Assembly: GCF_006345805.1 (NCBI RefSeq)
Contig: NW_021824111.1
Coordinates: 1 to 19,902, forward strand
DNA: 19,902 nt
Reading direction: 5' to 3'
From: Octopus sinensis
Taxonomy: Eukaryota
The notes under the pieces were generated by a model, which saw nothing but the letters and a program-made list of their open reading frames with translations, did no database searches and had not been told where the DNA came from. Shown here in pieces: positions 8,337 through 18,258 of this stretch. The position numbers and the translations under genes were made by a program. Positions within the stretch are counted from its first letter, which is position 1; every line of letters starts with the position of its first letter.

Positions 8337-8832
8337 TTTCCTCCTCCCCCCCACTTCTCTCCTCCTGGTGTGTTTGTTATAGAGACTCAGACCGACCAAT
8401 TGTATATTCGATATTATTCGGTATTATTCGATATTTCTGAGAATATAATTTTATGAGGCTAATTGATTTCTCTTACATTTTGATTATTGTACGCTGGAAT
8501 AAAATATTGATTTTGTTCTGAATATCGTTAAATGATTTCTACTGACCTTGTATTCAATATTATTTCATCACAACGACAGTTTAATATTAAAAAAAAAAAA
8601 AGAAACGAATCAAAACAAAACAATAAAAGAAAAGAAATCCGTAAAATATAAAAAAACACGACGAAAATAAAAGAAAAATTCCATCTAGAGAAGGAAAAAG
8701 GAAATTGCTTTTGTCAAGTAATGCAGAATTTACAGCAATGTAGCTTATATTTTATTAGAGACACACCTAGTACTGATCGCTTGAGATGTGAATGTATTGG
8801 AGTGAATAAAAGGAAAATAAAATGGTTCTTTG

Positions 8833-8952
8833 TCGGTTATGACGACGAGTATTTCAGTTGGTCCGATCAATGGAACAGCCTACTCGTGAAATTAACGTGA
8901 AATTAACGTGCAAGTGGGTGGCCGAGTATTCCACAGACACCTGTACCCTTAA
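8833..8952 (-). mobile_element. SINE family D, 3' fragment with an 11-bp internal tandem duplication
   Basis: tcggttatgacgacgag...gatcaatggaacagcc...gtgaaattaacgtgaaattaacgtgcaag...ccacagacac matches 9590-9700. Confidence 0.88.
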
Positions 8953-8977
8953 GGCAGTCAATAAACGCATGTTTATT

Positions 8978-9535
8978 AAGGCGGTGAGCTGGCAGAAAAC
9001 GTTAGCACGCCGGGCGAAATGCTTAGCGGCATTTCGTCCGTCCTTACGTTCTGAGTTCAAATTCCACCGAGGTTGACTTTGCCTTTCATCCTTTTGGGGT
9101 CGATATAATCGACTTAATCCGTTTGTCTGTCTTTGTTTGTCCCCTCTGTGTTTAGCCTCTTTTGAGTAGTAAAGAAATAGGTATTCAGTCTGCCGCTACG
9201 GTCTGAGTTCAAATTCCGCCGAGGTCGACTTTGCCTTTCATCCTTTCGAGGGTCGACAAAATAAGTACCAGTTACGTACTGGGGTCGATGTAATCGACTT
9301 AATCCCTTTGTCTGTCCTTGTTTATCACCTCTATGTTTAGCCCCTTGTGGGTAATAAAGAAATAGGTATTTCTTCTGGTTTTACGATCTGAGTTCAAATT
9401 CCGCCGAGGTCGACTTTGCTTTTCATTCTTTCGGGGTCGATAAATTAAGTACCAGTTGCGTACTAGGGTCGATGTAATCGACTGCAAGCCCTCTCCCCAA
9501 AATTCGAGCCTTGTGCTTAGAGTAGAAAAGAATAA
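8978..9535 (+). mobile_element. Head-to-tail trimer of SINE family B
   Basis: ctgagttcaa anchors at 9051, 9203 and 9388. Units join through aaagaaata-GGTATT. Unit 1 has a ~33-bp deletion between two ggggtcgat repeats, and unit 3 ends in an alternative tail. Confidence 0.92.
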
Positions 9536-9583
9536 ACACATGTGAACATACTCAAAGGAAATACTAACTTACTCGCACAACTG

Positions 9584-9912
9584 GGACTCCGTCGGTTACG
9601 ACGACGACTGTTCTAGTTGATCCGATCAACGGAACAGCCTGCTCGGGAAATTAACGTGCAAGTTGGTGGCTGAGTACTCCACAGACACGCGTACCTTTAA
9701 CGTTGTTTTCAGGGACAATTAGTGAGACACACAGAATGTGGCACGGCTGGTACTTTTTTGAAATACAGGTACAACTCACTTTTGCCAGCTGGCTGAACAA
9801 GAGCAGCGTGAAATGAATTCTCTTGCTCAAGAACACAATGCGCCGTCGGGAATCGAACTCACGACATTACGATCGTGGGCCGAATGTTGCAACCACTAAG
9901 ACACGTGCCTTG
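9584..9912 (-). mobile_element. Full-length tRNA-derived SINE family D (CORE-like)
   Basis: On the reverse complement: A-box-like TGTCTTAGTGG (9893-9903), B box GAGTTCGATTCC (9849-9860), gcattgtgttcttgagcaag (CORE-like) and a 3' end ...cgtcgtcgtaaccgacggagt. Confidence 0.88.
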
Positions 9913-10435
9913 ACAGTGAATAAAAAAGGGAGATATCAGAGTATTTGAGTAAACGAGGCAGTATATATCGAAAGAAAGGAAGTCCTGATGAGCCCTAAGT
10001 TAAAAGGGGTTTCACATTTGGTTGTTGTCTGAACCCCATGGAATCCCTTACCCAGCAGATTCACAATCAAAGATGCTATAACTGCGACCATCCGGTCTTT
10101 TTTGCAAATCCGAAAATACACTGTTTTAAGTTATTTAGACGCCATGTAAGTCCCGACTCAGCATTTCTATAATCAATGACCTTATAGCTGTGATCATCTT
10201 GTCTCTTTGTAAATTCGTAAATGCATTGAGCAATGAGTCCCTTTTTTTAAGACAATATCATGTGGTTTAAGAGAGCTATGGCTGGTATTTCTAGTTGTAC
10301 GGACGACCATATACAAGCTCACTCGTTCAGTTATGCGGGGAACTAAACTCGTTACTTGCTGATATCGTGAAGAAGTTAACATGGCTGGAAGTTACTTTTG
10401 AATTCCATAAATTGTAATAATTATGGAGTTTGTAA

Positions 10436-10618
10436 AAATGCTTAGCGGCATTTCGTCTGTTTTTACACTCTGAATTTAAATTCCGCCGAGGTCGACTTTG
10501 CCTTTCATCCTTTCGGGATCGATAAAATAAGTACCAGCTGAACACCGGGGTTGATGTAATCGACTTAACTCCTTCTCCCGAAATTGCTGGCTTTGTGTCA
10601 AAATTTGAAACCAATATT
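10436..10618 (+). mobile_element. SINE family B, 5'-truncated, alternative tail
   Basis: aaatgcttagcggcatttcgtctg...gaggtcgactttgcctttcatcctttcgggatcgat...gaaattgctggctttgtgtcaaaatttgaaacc. Confidence 0.9.
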
Positions 10619-10744
10619 CTTTTATTAGGGGTACGCGTTTTAGTGGCCACCTCGCCTGATGGAAAGAAGAAAAAGTTGATCATGGCAAGAACTGGATTAA
10701 GAATTGGAAGTGTGTGGCTAAAGAAACTTTGAGGGGCCGACTGA

Positions 10745-10850
10745 GTAGTGTTGATTAAATTAATCTCAGTATGTTAGTCACGTAATTTAGTGGCCCCGTG
10801 GTGGAAGGAAGGCAACATTGACTTCGGTGTCATTTGAACTGAAAAGCAAA
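10745..10850 (-). mobile_element. Old degraded SINE family B fragment
   Basis: ggaaggaaggcaacattgacttcggtgtcatttgaactg resembles the reverse complement of the core motif. Confidence 0.55.
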
Positions 10851-11134
10851 GACGTGAGACTAAATATAAATACTGTAAACCTTACTTCCCAGATCAACGA
10901 CTGTTATTATGGGTTACGGGACATTTTCAATAAAGTTAGACGATATTGGCTGAAACTTTAAGTAGTTTTAATATGGAAATATCGAGAAAAAACCCCACAT
11001 CAAAGCCATGTTGTAGAAATAGTTTAACTTCAAAGCAATTTGTAATAAAATATATTGATTAATATAAGAAATATTCTTAATACAGAAATGTTATATAAAA
11101 TTGCATTTTTTTTATTTATGATACATTGGTTCAA

Positions 11135-11331
11135 TAATACATATTTCTGAAGAAGGGGAGTAATCGATCTGATCGATTTCACTGCATGACTGGTATTTAT
11201 GCTATTGACTCCAAGATCAGAATACAGTTGAATCTGGTAGGATTTGTAATATGGAATGTAAAAAGACGTCGTTTAACATTGTAGTATATTTAGGCAGGTA
11301 CACGACAGCTTCTATTTTTTCTACCGCCTTA
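11135..11331 (-). mobile_element. Old degraded SINE family B copy
   Basis: ggggagtaatcgatctgatcg...gactggtattt...accgcctta: the hairpin region and the 5' end taaggcggt are recognisable. Confidence 0.55.
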
Positions 11332-11467
11332 ACAATGAAATAATATAGTAATAAAATTACAAAGAACCCAGTTCATACGTTATGAAACGGTGACAAATTT
11401 TATAAATATGATTATGAATTTTCACTATTTCTTGACTACAAAAAATAGTCTATATGGACATGGCAGT

Positions 11468-11860
11468 AAGGCGGTGAGCTGGCAGAATCGTTAGAACGCC
11501 GGGCGAAACGCTTAGCGATATTTCGTCTGCCGTTCCGTTCTGAGTTCAAATCCCGCCGAGGTCGACTTTGCTTTTCACCCTTTTGGTTTCGATTAAATAA
11601 GCACCAGTTACGCACTGGGGTCGATCTAATCGACTTAATCCGTTTGTCTGTCCTTGCTTGTCCTCTCTGTGTTTAGCCCCTTGTGAGTAGTAAAGAAAAA
11701 GGTATTTCGTCCGTCTTTACGCTCTAAGTTCAAATTCCGTCGAGGTTGACTTTGCCTTTCATCCTTTCGGGGTTGACAAATTAAGTACCAGTTGCGTACT
11801 GAGGTCGATATAATCGACTTAATCCGTTTGTCTGTCCTTGTTTGTCCTCTCTGTGTTTAC
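11468..11860 (+). mobile_element. Head-to-tail dimer of SINE family B
   Basis: Full unit from aaggcggtgagctggcagaatcg to aaagaaaaaGGTATTTCG (~11700); a second unit starts at the internal ggtatttcgtc position and ends at ctgtgttta. Confidence 0.93.
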
Positions 11861-11964
11861 TGACGTTTTTTGAATTGCAGGCCTCGTTCTTTTTCTTCTG
11901 TGTAGTCCTTTGCGCTGCAGTGACCCCAAGCGTTGTTTGGAAAAAAAATCATTAAAAAACAAGC

Positions 11965-12252
11965 GTTGTTGTTTGTTCCTTATCGAGCCACGCCTGGCTC
12001 ATAAGGGCCGGTCTCCCGGTTTCCTTGGCGTATAGGTTCCCCACCTGGACGGGACGCCGGTCAGTCGCAAGATGCAGGAGGAAAGAGTGAGAGAAAGTTG
12101 TGGCGAAAGAGTCAGCAGAAGTTCGCCATTACCTTCTGCCGGAGCCGCGTTGAGCTTAGGTGTTTCGCTCATAAACACACACATCGCCCGGTCTGAGATT
12201 CGAACCCGCGATCCCTCAACTGCGAGTCCGCTGCTCTAACCACCAGGCCATG
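11965..12252 (-). mobile_element. Full-length SINE family C
   Basis: Reverse complement: catggcctggtggttagagcagcggactcgcagttgagggatcgcgggttcgaatctcagaccggg (A box TGGCCTGGTGG, B box GGTTCGAATCTC). It is collinear with 1808-2094 apart from a ~10-bp deletion before the V/Meta-like motif. Confidence 0.93.
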
Positions 12253-12587
12253 TGTTTCAACTAAAAAAAGAAATGTAAGGCAACATTAAACAAATACTGT
12301 GGCGACGCTAAAGTAACGCCGTTGAACGAATAAAAAAATGAATGCATGGAGATTTATTTAGATTTTTGGGCTTTTTCAGCGTTAGCAGATAAGCTCACTG
12401 CCATTATAAATAGGACAGCTGCACAGAACATATAAGTTAAAATTATATTTTGTAAAAATATATGTGCTATTCCAAATAGGTTAAGTACAGACGAAATAAA
12501 TGAAATGAAGATGAATGGGTGCTAAAAATAGAGCGAAATAATTATAGAGACGAAGAAATTCGATGATAAAGATGATGACAGTTCTAG

Positions 12588-12589
<2 letters not shown>

Positions 12590-12623
<34 letters not shown>

Positions 12624-12638
12624 TCTCTCTCTCTCTCT
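12590..12638. repeat. (CT)n microsatellite
   Basis: Direct reading. Confidence 0.95.
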
Positions 12639-12983
12639 TATATTTAAAGTAACTCTGTGATAGAAGTTCAATATTGGAGACATTTAACAGTAATTAAATA
12701 GTTTAAAGTAAAACATTCCAACTATGAACGAAAGACTGACGAGTCACGATGTGAAGTGGTGAGGGACTGAAGGAAATGTCTTTGATATTGGAATTCTTTG
12801 TTTGGTAAAGGAAAATAAAAATAAAAAAGAAAGAAAAATGAACATTAAATGATAAAAAAAAGAGAAAGAAACAAAACGAAAATAAAGGAAGAAGATAACG
12901 AGTAGAACATTAAAATAAATGAATTTTTACATTCTAAACACACTTCATAAGCTCATTTGATAGCCCAAGAAAACATTTAAGAT

Positions 12984-13185
12984 AAAGAAGAAGAAGAAGG
13001 AGAAGAAGAAGAAGAAGAAGAAGAAGAGAAGAAGAAGAAGAAGAAGAAGAAGAAGAAGAAGAAGAAGGAGGAGGAGGAGGAGGAGGAGGAGAAGAAGAAG
13101 AAGAAGAAGAAGAAGAAGAAGAAGAAAAGAAGAAGGAGAAGAAGAAGAAGAAGAAGAAGAAGAAGAAGAAGAAGAAGAAGAAGAA
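12984..13185. repeat. 202-nt pure polypurine (GAA)n-(GGA)n-(GAA)n tract
   Basis: No pyrimidine on the + strand from 12984 to 13185. Confidence 0.97.
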
Positions 13186-13347
13186 CACAAACAGAAAGAA
13201 AGCAATTTGTGGATAAAACTTTAGTATCGTAAACAGTTTAAATAACCGATTTTTATCTTGGAATTTAATTCTTCCTCGCCAGTTTCCTAAATATAAAAAG
13301 AAAGCATTTCAAATTGATATCTTAACTGAACTGGTTCTCGTAATTAC

Positions 13348-13349
<2 letters not shown>

Positions 13350-13393
<44 letters not shown>
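13350..13393. repeat. (CT)n microsatellite
   Basis: Direct reading. Confidence 0.95.
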
Positions 13394-13397
<4 letters not shown>

Positions 13398-13889
13398 CAC
13401 TCACGTCAAGCTATTTCTGTCCACCCGCCATCCCGCCCACATTACCGTAAAGTTTACCATAAATCTCCCGACTCTCGATGTCATGTCTACACCACGATCG
13501 GGACCAGTTAACAAAATGGTTTCTTTACTTCGTTGAACTCATCGCAATGATCAAGAGGCACCGTATCCACGCCTATCTTCTTCTTTTCCCCCTTCTTTGC
13601 TTTATCGGGCTCTATCACCATTTATTATCTCCCTTAATTATTTTAATTTCCTTTCTTTTCTTTCATAATATAATTAACTAATTAATTATGATTGCTTTTC
13701 TGGGTTTTTTGGGGGTTTTTGGGGGGTTTTTTTCAGACAAATCCTACTCAAATACACCAGCGTTTTATCCCGAAGGATGATTGATGCCTATGCACCACGT
13801 GTTTCACTTCAACACTTCCAATACAAACAGAAATCATAAACAAACACTATGTACACAAACATGCCCTACAACACAGCTCATACTCCACA

Positions 13890-13981
13890 TAAATACACAC
13901 GCACACACACATACATACATATACATATACATACATATATATATATACATACATATATATATATATATATATAGATATATA
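13890..13981. repeat. (CA)/(CATA)/(TA) compound microsatellite
   Basis: Direct reading. Confidence 0.93.
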
Positions 13982-14260
13982 TGAAAATGCAAAAAGGGAC
14001 AAGAACGCAAAACATCCAGATAGACGATACAAAAAATACGGACGGGTCATTCGAAGCCGTTAATCTTCAGTCAAGAACCGGATCATCCTCGCAATTTCGG
14101 CTGATTAATCTTGAGATTGATCCAATCTGGCCAGCCCCAAGGAAAACCTAAGCTAAGAGCATTAAATTCCTTGGGAAAAAAGCATCGAATGTATACGAAA
14201 CAAGGACGGAAAAACGGACGATGTTACACGAATATAAATACAAAAATAATACAAAAAAAA
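13982..14260. repeat. Probable interspersed repeat of unknown class between two microsatellites
   Basis: Higher-complexity, CpG-containing block (gggacaagaacgcaaaacatccag...aacaaggacggaaaaacggacgatgttacacg). It resembles sequence I recall as multicopy in octopus, but there is only one copy here. Confidence 0.35.
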
Positions 14261-14262
14261 CA

Positions 14263-14343
14263 AAAACAACAACAACAACAACAACAACAATAATAATAAT
14301 AATATAATAATAATAATAATAATAATATAATAATAATAATAAC
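14263..14343. repeat. (CAA)n(TAA)n microsatellite
   Basis: Direct reading. Confidence 0.95.
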
Positions 14344-14384
14344 AGGACATCACAACAGGCGTCTTTCGACTAGAGACGAATGAA

Positions 14385-14387
<3 letters not shown>

Positions 14388-14426
<39 letters not shown>
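14388..14426. repeat. (TA)n microsatellite
   Basis: Direct reading. Confidence 0.96.
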
Positions 14427-14428
<2 letters not shown>

Positions 14429-14431
<3 letters not shown>

Positions 14432-14473
14432 GTCTGATGAAGACTGAGCAGGCCGAAACTTCGAAGTTATTGT
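14429..14473 (+). ncRNA. Candidate minimal type I hammerhead ribozyme motif
   Basis: acagt (stem I) - CTGATGA (14434-14440) - agact/gagc/aggcc (stem II, 3 of 5 pairs) - GAAA (14455-14458) - palindromic aacttcgaagtt (stem III) - GUU cleavage triplet - attgt (stem I'). Confidence 0.5.
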
Positions 14474-14579
14474 CAACACACAGTATTCTTGTTAGAGAAT
14501 AAAACGGTATGTTCTCCACCAAAAGAATTGAGTAATTGTTCAGTTTAATGTGAAATTGTTTTATTATAGCTCGAAATAA

Positions 14580-14635
14580 ACACACACACACACATATATG
14601 TATAAAATATGTATATTATATGCACACACGCGTAT

Positions 14636-14666
<31 letters not shown>

Positions 14667-14713
14667 CATACATACATACATACATACATACATACATACG
14701 TACGTACGTACGT
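14580..14713. repeat. Compound (CA)/(TA)/(TACA)n tract ending in (TACG)4
   Basis: Direct reading. Confidence 0.93.
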
Positions 14714-15351
14714 CCATGCAGAGAGTGTTTAGAAAATCTCGAAATGCAGGAATTTTAGCATGAATGTGTGTTTATGCGTTCAGACTTTAGCGTTAAATTG
14801 TTCAAGCAGCCATTTTGAAATGTTTTAATGTGGATTGATTGCCGTATCACATAAAATGTAACAATAAAACAACTAACAACAGCCGCCCTCTGATAAGATT
14901 CTGTTGTGATATGTAACATTTGTATCATTGCAAAAGAAAAAAAAAATTAAATAATAAAAAAAAAATAACAAACAAAAGATAAAAACAAAGGACAAAAACA
15001 GTAAAAGAATAAAAATGACGATTGTATTTAACTATTCCAGACTAGAGATGTTCGCTTCAAGAACAGCTTCCATAAACAGGAAATTCCATAGTGTAGTATC
15101 GATTTCATCGGCTAGACTAAAATCAATAGAGAGTAAATGGAAATGCCGTAATCGAACTTCATATCGGTTTTGATTTTACTGGAGATACAAAAATGAAATG
15201 GGGACATAATGTTGTACCGCTTTTCTGTGAGAGAGGCATAGTCCAAATCATGAATCACGTGATGGTTAGGCTCTTATTCAATGTGTCCCCTTTTTTGGAT
15301 GTTCTCTTTTGTTTTGATGGTTTGAGAAATAATAGAAAGAACTCATTTAAA

Positions 15352-15530
15352 GGGGCAGGCGTGACTGTGTGGTAAGAAACTTGCTTCCCAACCACATGGT
15401 TTCGGGTTCACACCCACAGTGTGGCACCTTGGGCAAGTGTATTCTACTATTGCCTCGAGCCGATCAAAACCTCCTGAATGGACTTGGTAGATGGAAACTG
15501 AAAGAAGCCCATCGCATATATATACATATA
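15352..15530 (+). mobile_element. SINE family A, 5' half
   Basis: gcaggcgtgactgtgtggtaagaaacttgcttcccaaccacatggtttcgggttca...ggcaccttgggcaagtg...ggaaactgaaagaagccc. Confidence 0.9.
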
Positions 15531-15622
15531 CCATCTTAATACTAGCGGTATAAATAGTAATTCAGGAAACCCAGGTATTGCACGATATCTTCGAGACGAA
15601 ATGATGTTTTCTAATTTAAGAA

Positions 15623-15820
15623 TAAGGCTGGCAATTTGAAGGTGAAGAAGGTAAAATCGATATCAACAACCCCAGTACATTACTGGTACTTTGATTCATA
15701 GGCTCAAAAAAGAAGAAAGGCAAAAAGCTTCCACGTTGGGAATCGAACGCAGAACGTACAGAGGCGGTAGAAAGCTGCAAGATGTTTATTCCGACCCGCA
15801 AACCATTCTGCAAACCCACC
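15623..15820 (-). mobile_element. Degraded SINE family B copy (alternative tail)
   Basis: taaggctggcaattt...ccccagtacattactggtac...gaaaggcaaa...gcagaacgta...ccattctgcaaacccacc. Confidence 0.7.
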
Positions 15821-16054
15821 GTCCCTTATGTACAAAATAATGAATAATGGCTTCGTACCAAGTCCCCATCGCTTGTTGTTTGTTGTTGGTTTTTGTTGCG
15901 TTTCGTTATTGATGTTGTTTATGTTGGTGTTGTTTGACCTCGGTTCAGCTCTAATCAAGTCGATCTATAATCTGTGATTTCTTCCGTCAAAAATCCATCC
16001 TCCCCACAAAAAAACCAACAAAACAAGCAAGCAAAAAATAAAAGCAAACATACT

Positions 16055-16238
16055 ATAGGCGCAGGTGTGGCTGTGTGGTAAAAAGCTTTCTTCCCAACCA
16101 CATGGTTCCGGGTTCAGTCCCACTGCGTGTTACCTTGGTCAAGTATCTTCTACTATAGCCTAGAGTCGACCAAAGCCTTGTGAGTGGATTTGGTAGACAG
16201 AAGCCGAAAGAGACCCATTGTATATGTTTGTATGTATG

Positions 16239-16298
<60 letters not shown>

Positions 16299-16520
16299 TG
16301 TATGTATTTGTGTCTCTGTGTTTGGCCCCCTACCAACGCTTGACAACCGATGTTGGTGTGTTTTTACGTCCCTGTAACCTAGCAGTTCGGCAAAACAGAC
16401 CGATAGAATAAGTACTAGGCTTACAAAGAATATGTCCTGTGGTCGATTTGTTCGACTAAACGGTAGTGCTCCAGCATGGCCGCAGTCAAATGACTGAAAT
16501 AAGTCAAAAAAATAAGAGAA
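16055..16520 (+). mobile_element. Full-length SINE family A: tRNA head, CORE-like domain, internal (TA)/(TATG)n microsatellite, unique 3' half
   Basis: A box TGGCTGTGTGG 16068-16078; B box GGTTCAGTCC 16111-16120; internal microsatellite ~16220-16310; 3' end ccagcatggccgcagtcaaatgactgaaa. Families A-D may include the published octopus OK/OR1/OR2 SINEs, but I cannot assign which is which. Confidence 0.93.
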
Positions 16521-16808
16521 TACTGTATGTCGGACACCATTATCCAATCTGTTTTTCCTTTTGAAAGATTCGAACGCAGGGATCCTCAATCAGTCTGTTG
16601 CAGCTCTTTGAAAATAACATTTGAGGTTTTAGGAAAGCCAAATCTACCCTGAAATTAGAATGTTCTGGAAAAAAAAAAACATTTATTCATAATCTTATTG
16701 TACCCAAATACAATTAATTAGCCCTTTACTCTTTCAGCATAAAATAATAAGTTCTTCTTTTGGTAAAAATGGCCAATATTTCTAGATTAATCTGTGGACG
16801 GGGTCCAT

Positions 16809-16886
16809 TAAATAAGTACCAGTTGAACACTGTAATCGACTTACCCTGAAATTGCTGGGTTTGTGTCAAAATTTGAAATTGATATT
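16809..16886 (+). mobile_element. SINE family B, 3' fragment
   Basis: aaataagtaccagttgaacactg...gaaattgctgggtttgtgtcaaaatttgaaa matches 10528-10610. Confidence 0.8.
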
Positions 16887-17183
16887 CTCATTGATACAGC
16901 TTTCGCGCTCATAATGGATCTGAGCGTTGGGAAGGCTTTGCAATCTCGAGGACACATATGAACTCATCCTAAGCATTTTTCTGTTTTTATTTTGAAGATG
17001 TTTTCTTCCTGGGGCATCGGAATACTCAAGGGACCACCATGTTACCTGGGTGGGAAAAGATGGTTCGCCTAAACATTGTTTTAATCGGGTATGTAGTTTT
17101 TTTGCGAAAGACGTTTGTATCGTTTATTCGTGATAAAGGTTACCACTTAGCCGAATTATTAGCATACTAGATAGAAGGTTGAG

Positions 17184-17355
17184 CAGTGTCTCTTCTGGTT
17201 TTGCGTTCTGAGTTCAAATCCCACCAAGATCGACCTTGGCTCTTCATCCTTTCGGAAATGATAAAACAAGTACCAGTTGAGTACTTAGGTCGACTTAATC
17301 GACTAGACCACTCCTTGCAAATTTAGGCCTTGTGGCTATCGTGGAAAGAATTATT
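17184..17355 (+). mobile_element. SINE family B, 5'-truncated, alternative tail
   Basis: gttctgagttcaaatcccaccaagatcgacc...catcctttcgg...gtaccagttgagtac...ggccttgtggctatcgtggaaag. Confidence 0.82.
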
Positions 17356-17975
17356 TGTTCCTGATTCGAAATCGTTGTAAATGTTGAAGTCGGTGGAGGT
17401 GTTAGCCATAATGGCGGGAGTATTGAATCGATTCCATCAAAATGTTGGCGAACTCAAAGACAGATTTTAAAAAGTAAAACAGAAAATAGCATAACAATTC
17501 AACAAAAGACACGGTTATAAACACAAGCAATTATAATTTAAGAAGTACACAGAAAAATGGCGGAAATGCAAGCTTTAGTGACAATAAGGAAAACAGCATG
17601 AACAACAGCTAGTGAACATTTCGTTCGCGTTGCGAAACAGAAAGAGGAAATCAATATGAGCGAACTTCAAAGTAGAGAAGAGGTCTCCGAAAAAAAAAAA
17701 GACAACGATTCCTTTCTCAAAGAATTTACCCAAGAAAGATCAAGTCAGAAAGCATCACAATTCTGAATTGCAATAGCAGAGATGACTTTCATATAACCTC
17801 AAAAGAGGAGCTAAAGGAAATCTCAGCCGATATGTGATAGACTATAAGCTGCTCCCTGAACGGAGACAGGGCATATAGATGCGCGTACTTATTATTTAAG
17901 TGAAGATTAAACGAGAAGGTGGGCAGAATTCGTAGGTAATACACGTGGTTGCCGGGTGGTTGCGTAGTATATGGA

Positions 17976-18258
17976 GATGGTTCCGCAGTATATGCAGGAC
18001 GGCGAAGATGGTTCCGCAGTATATAGGCGACGAATTGGCAGAAGCGTTAGCGCAGTGGACGAAATGCTTAGTGGTATTTCGTCTGCCGCTACGTTCTGAG
18101 TTCAAATTCCGCCGCGGTCGACTTTGCCTTTCATCCTTTCGGGGTCGATAAATTAAGTACCAGTTACGCACTGGGGTCGATATAATCGGCTTAATCCGTT
18201 TGCCTGTCCTTGTTTGTCCTCTCTGTGGGTAGTAAAGAAATAAGGATATGCAGGACGG
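17976..18258 (+). repeat. 31-bp tandem unit (gatggttccgcagtatatgcaggacggcgaa) whose second copy is split by a SINE
   Basis: Unit 1 spans 17976-18006; unit 2 starts at 18007, is interrupted at 18024 and resumes as atatgcaggacgg at 18246-18258. Confidence 0.75.
18025..18245 (+). mobile_element. Near full-length SINE family B
   Basis: aggcgacgaattggcagaagcgttagc...gttctgagttcaaattccgccgcggtcgactttgcc...gtagtaaagaaataagg. Confidence 0.92.

Noticed and set aside
7499-8456. Long ORFs (up to 248 aa) rich in H/T/Y or C/V/M
   Set aside because: They are translations of the alternating purine/pyrimidine tract, which is poor in stop codons and open on both strands; no coding signal.
8978-9535. Regularly recurring repeats that could suggest a CRISPR array
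   Set aside because: Units are 150-185-bp SINE copies without unique spacers, in eukaryotic DNA with no cas genes.
9985-10045. CTGATGA followed by a gccc/gggg stem; also a C box (TGATGA) and D box (CTGA) pair
   Set aside because: No GAAA after the stem, so not a hammerhead; the C-D distance is short with no terminal stem, so a snoRNA is unsupported.
12186-12252. tRNA-like sequence with A and B boxes (also at 9845-9912 and 16060-16125)
   Set aside because: These are heads of tRNA-derived SINEs that continue into SINE bodies; no complete cloverleaf with an acceptor stem.
12934-13205. Poly-F/S/P/L ORFs
   Set aside because: Translations of the GAA/GGA microsatellite.
14035-14075. Minus-strand CTGAAGA...GAAT-GACCCGTC hammerhead-like motif
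   Set aside because: GAAT instead of GAAA, the only stem pairs with the core itself, and there is no stem I.
16053-16589. 178-aa minus-strand ORF, and similar ORFs at 177-548, 3376-3687, 10327-10683 and 17896-18342
   Set aside because: They lie within SINE copies; the recurring peptides (for example RQSRPRRNLNSE) simply reflect the SINE sequence.
16975-17060. Possible small exon after a pyrimidine-rich tract
   Set aside because: Weak acceptor (GAAG), no recognisable peptide and no supporting neighbouring exons.
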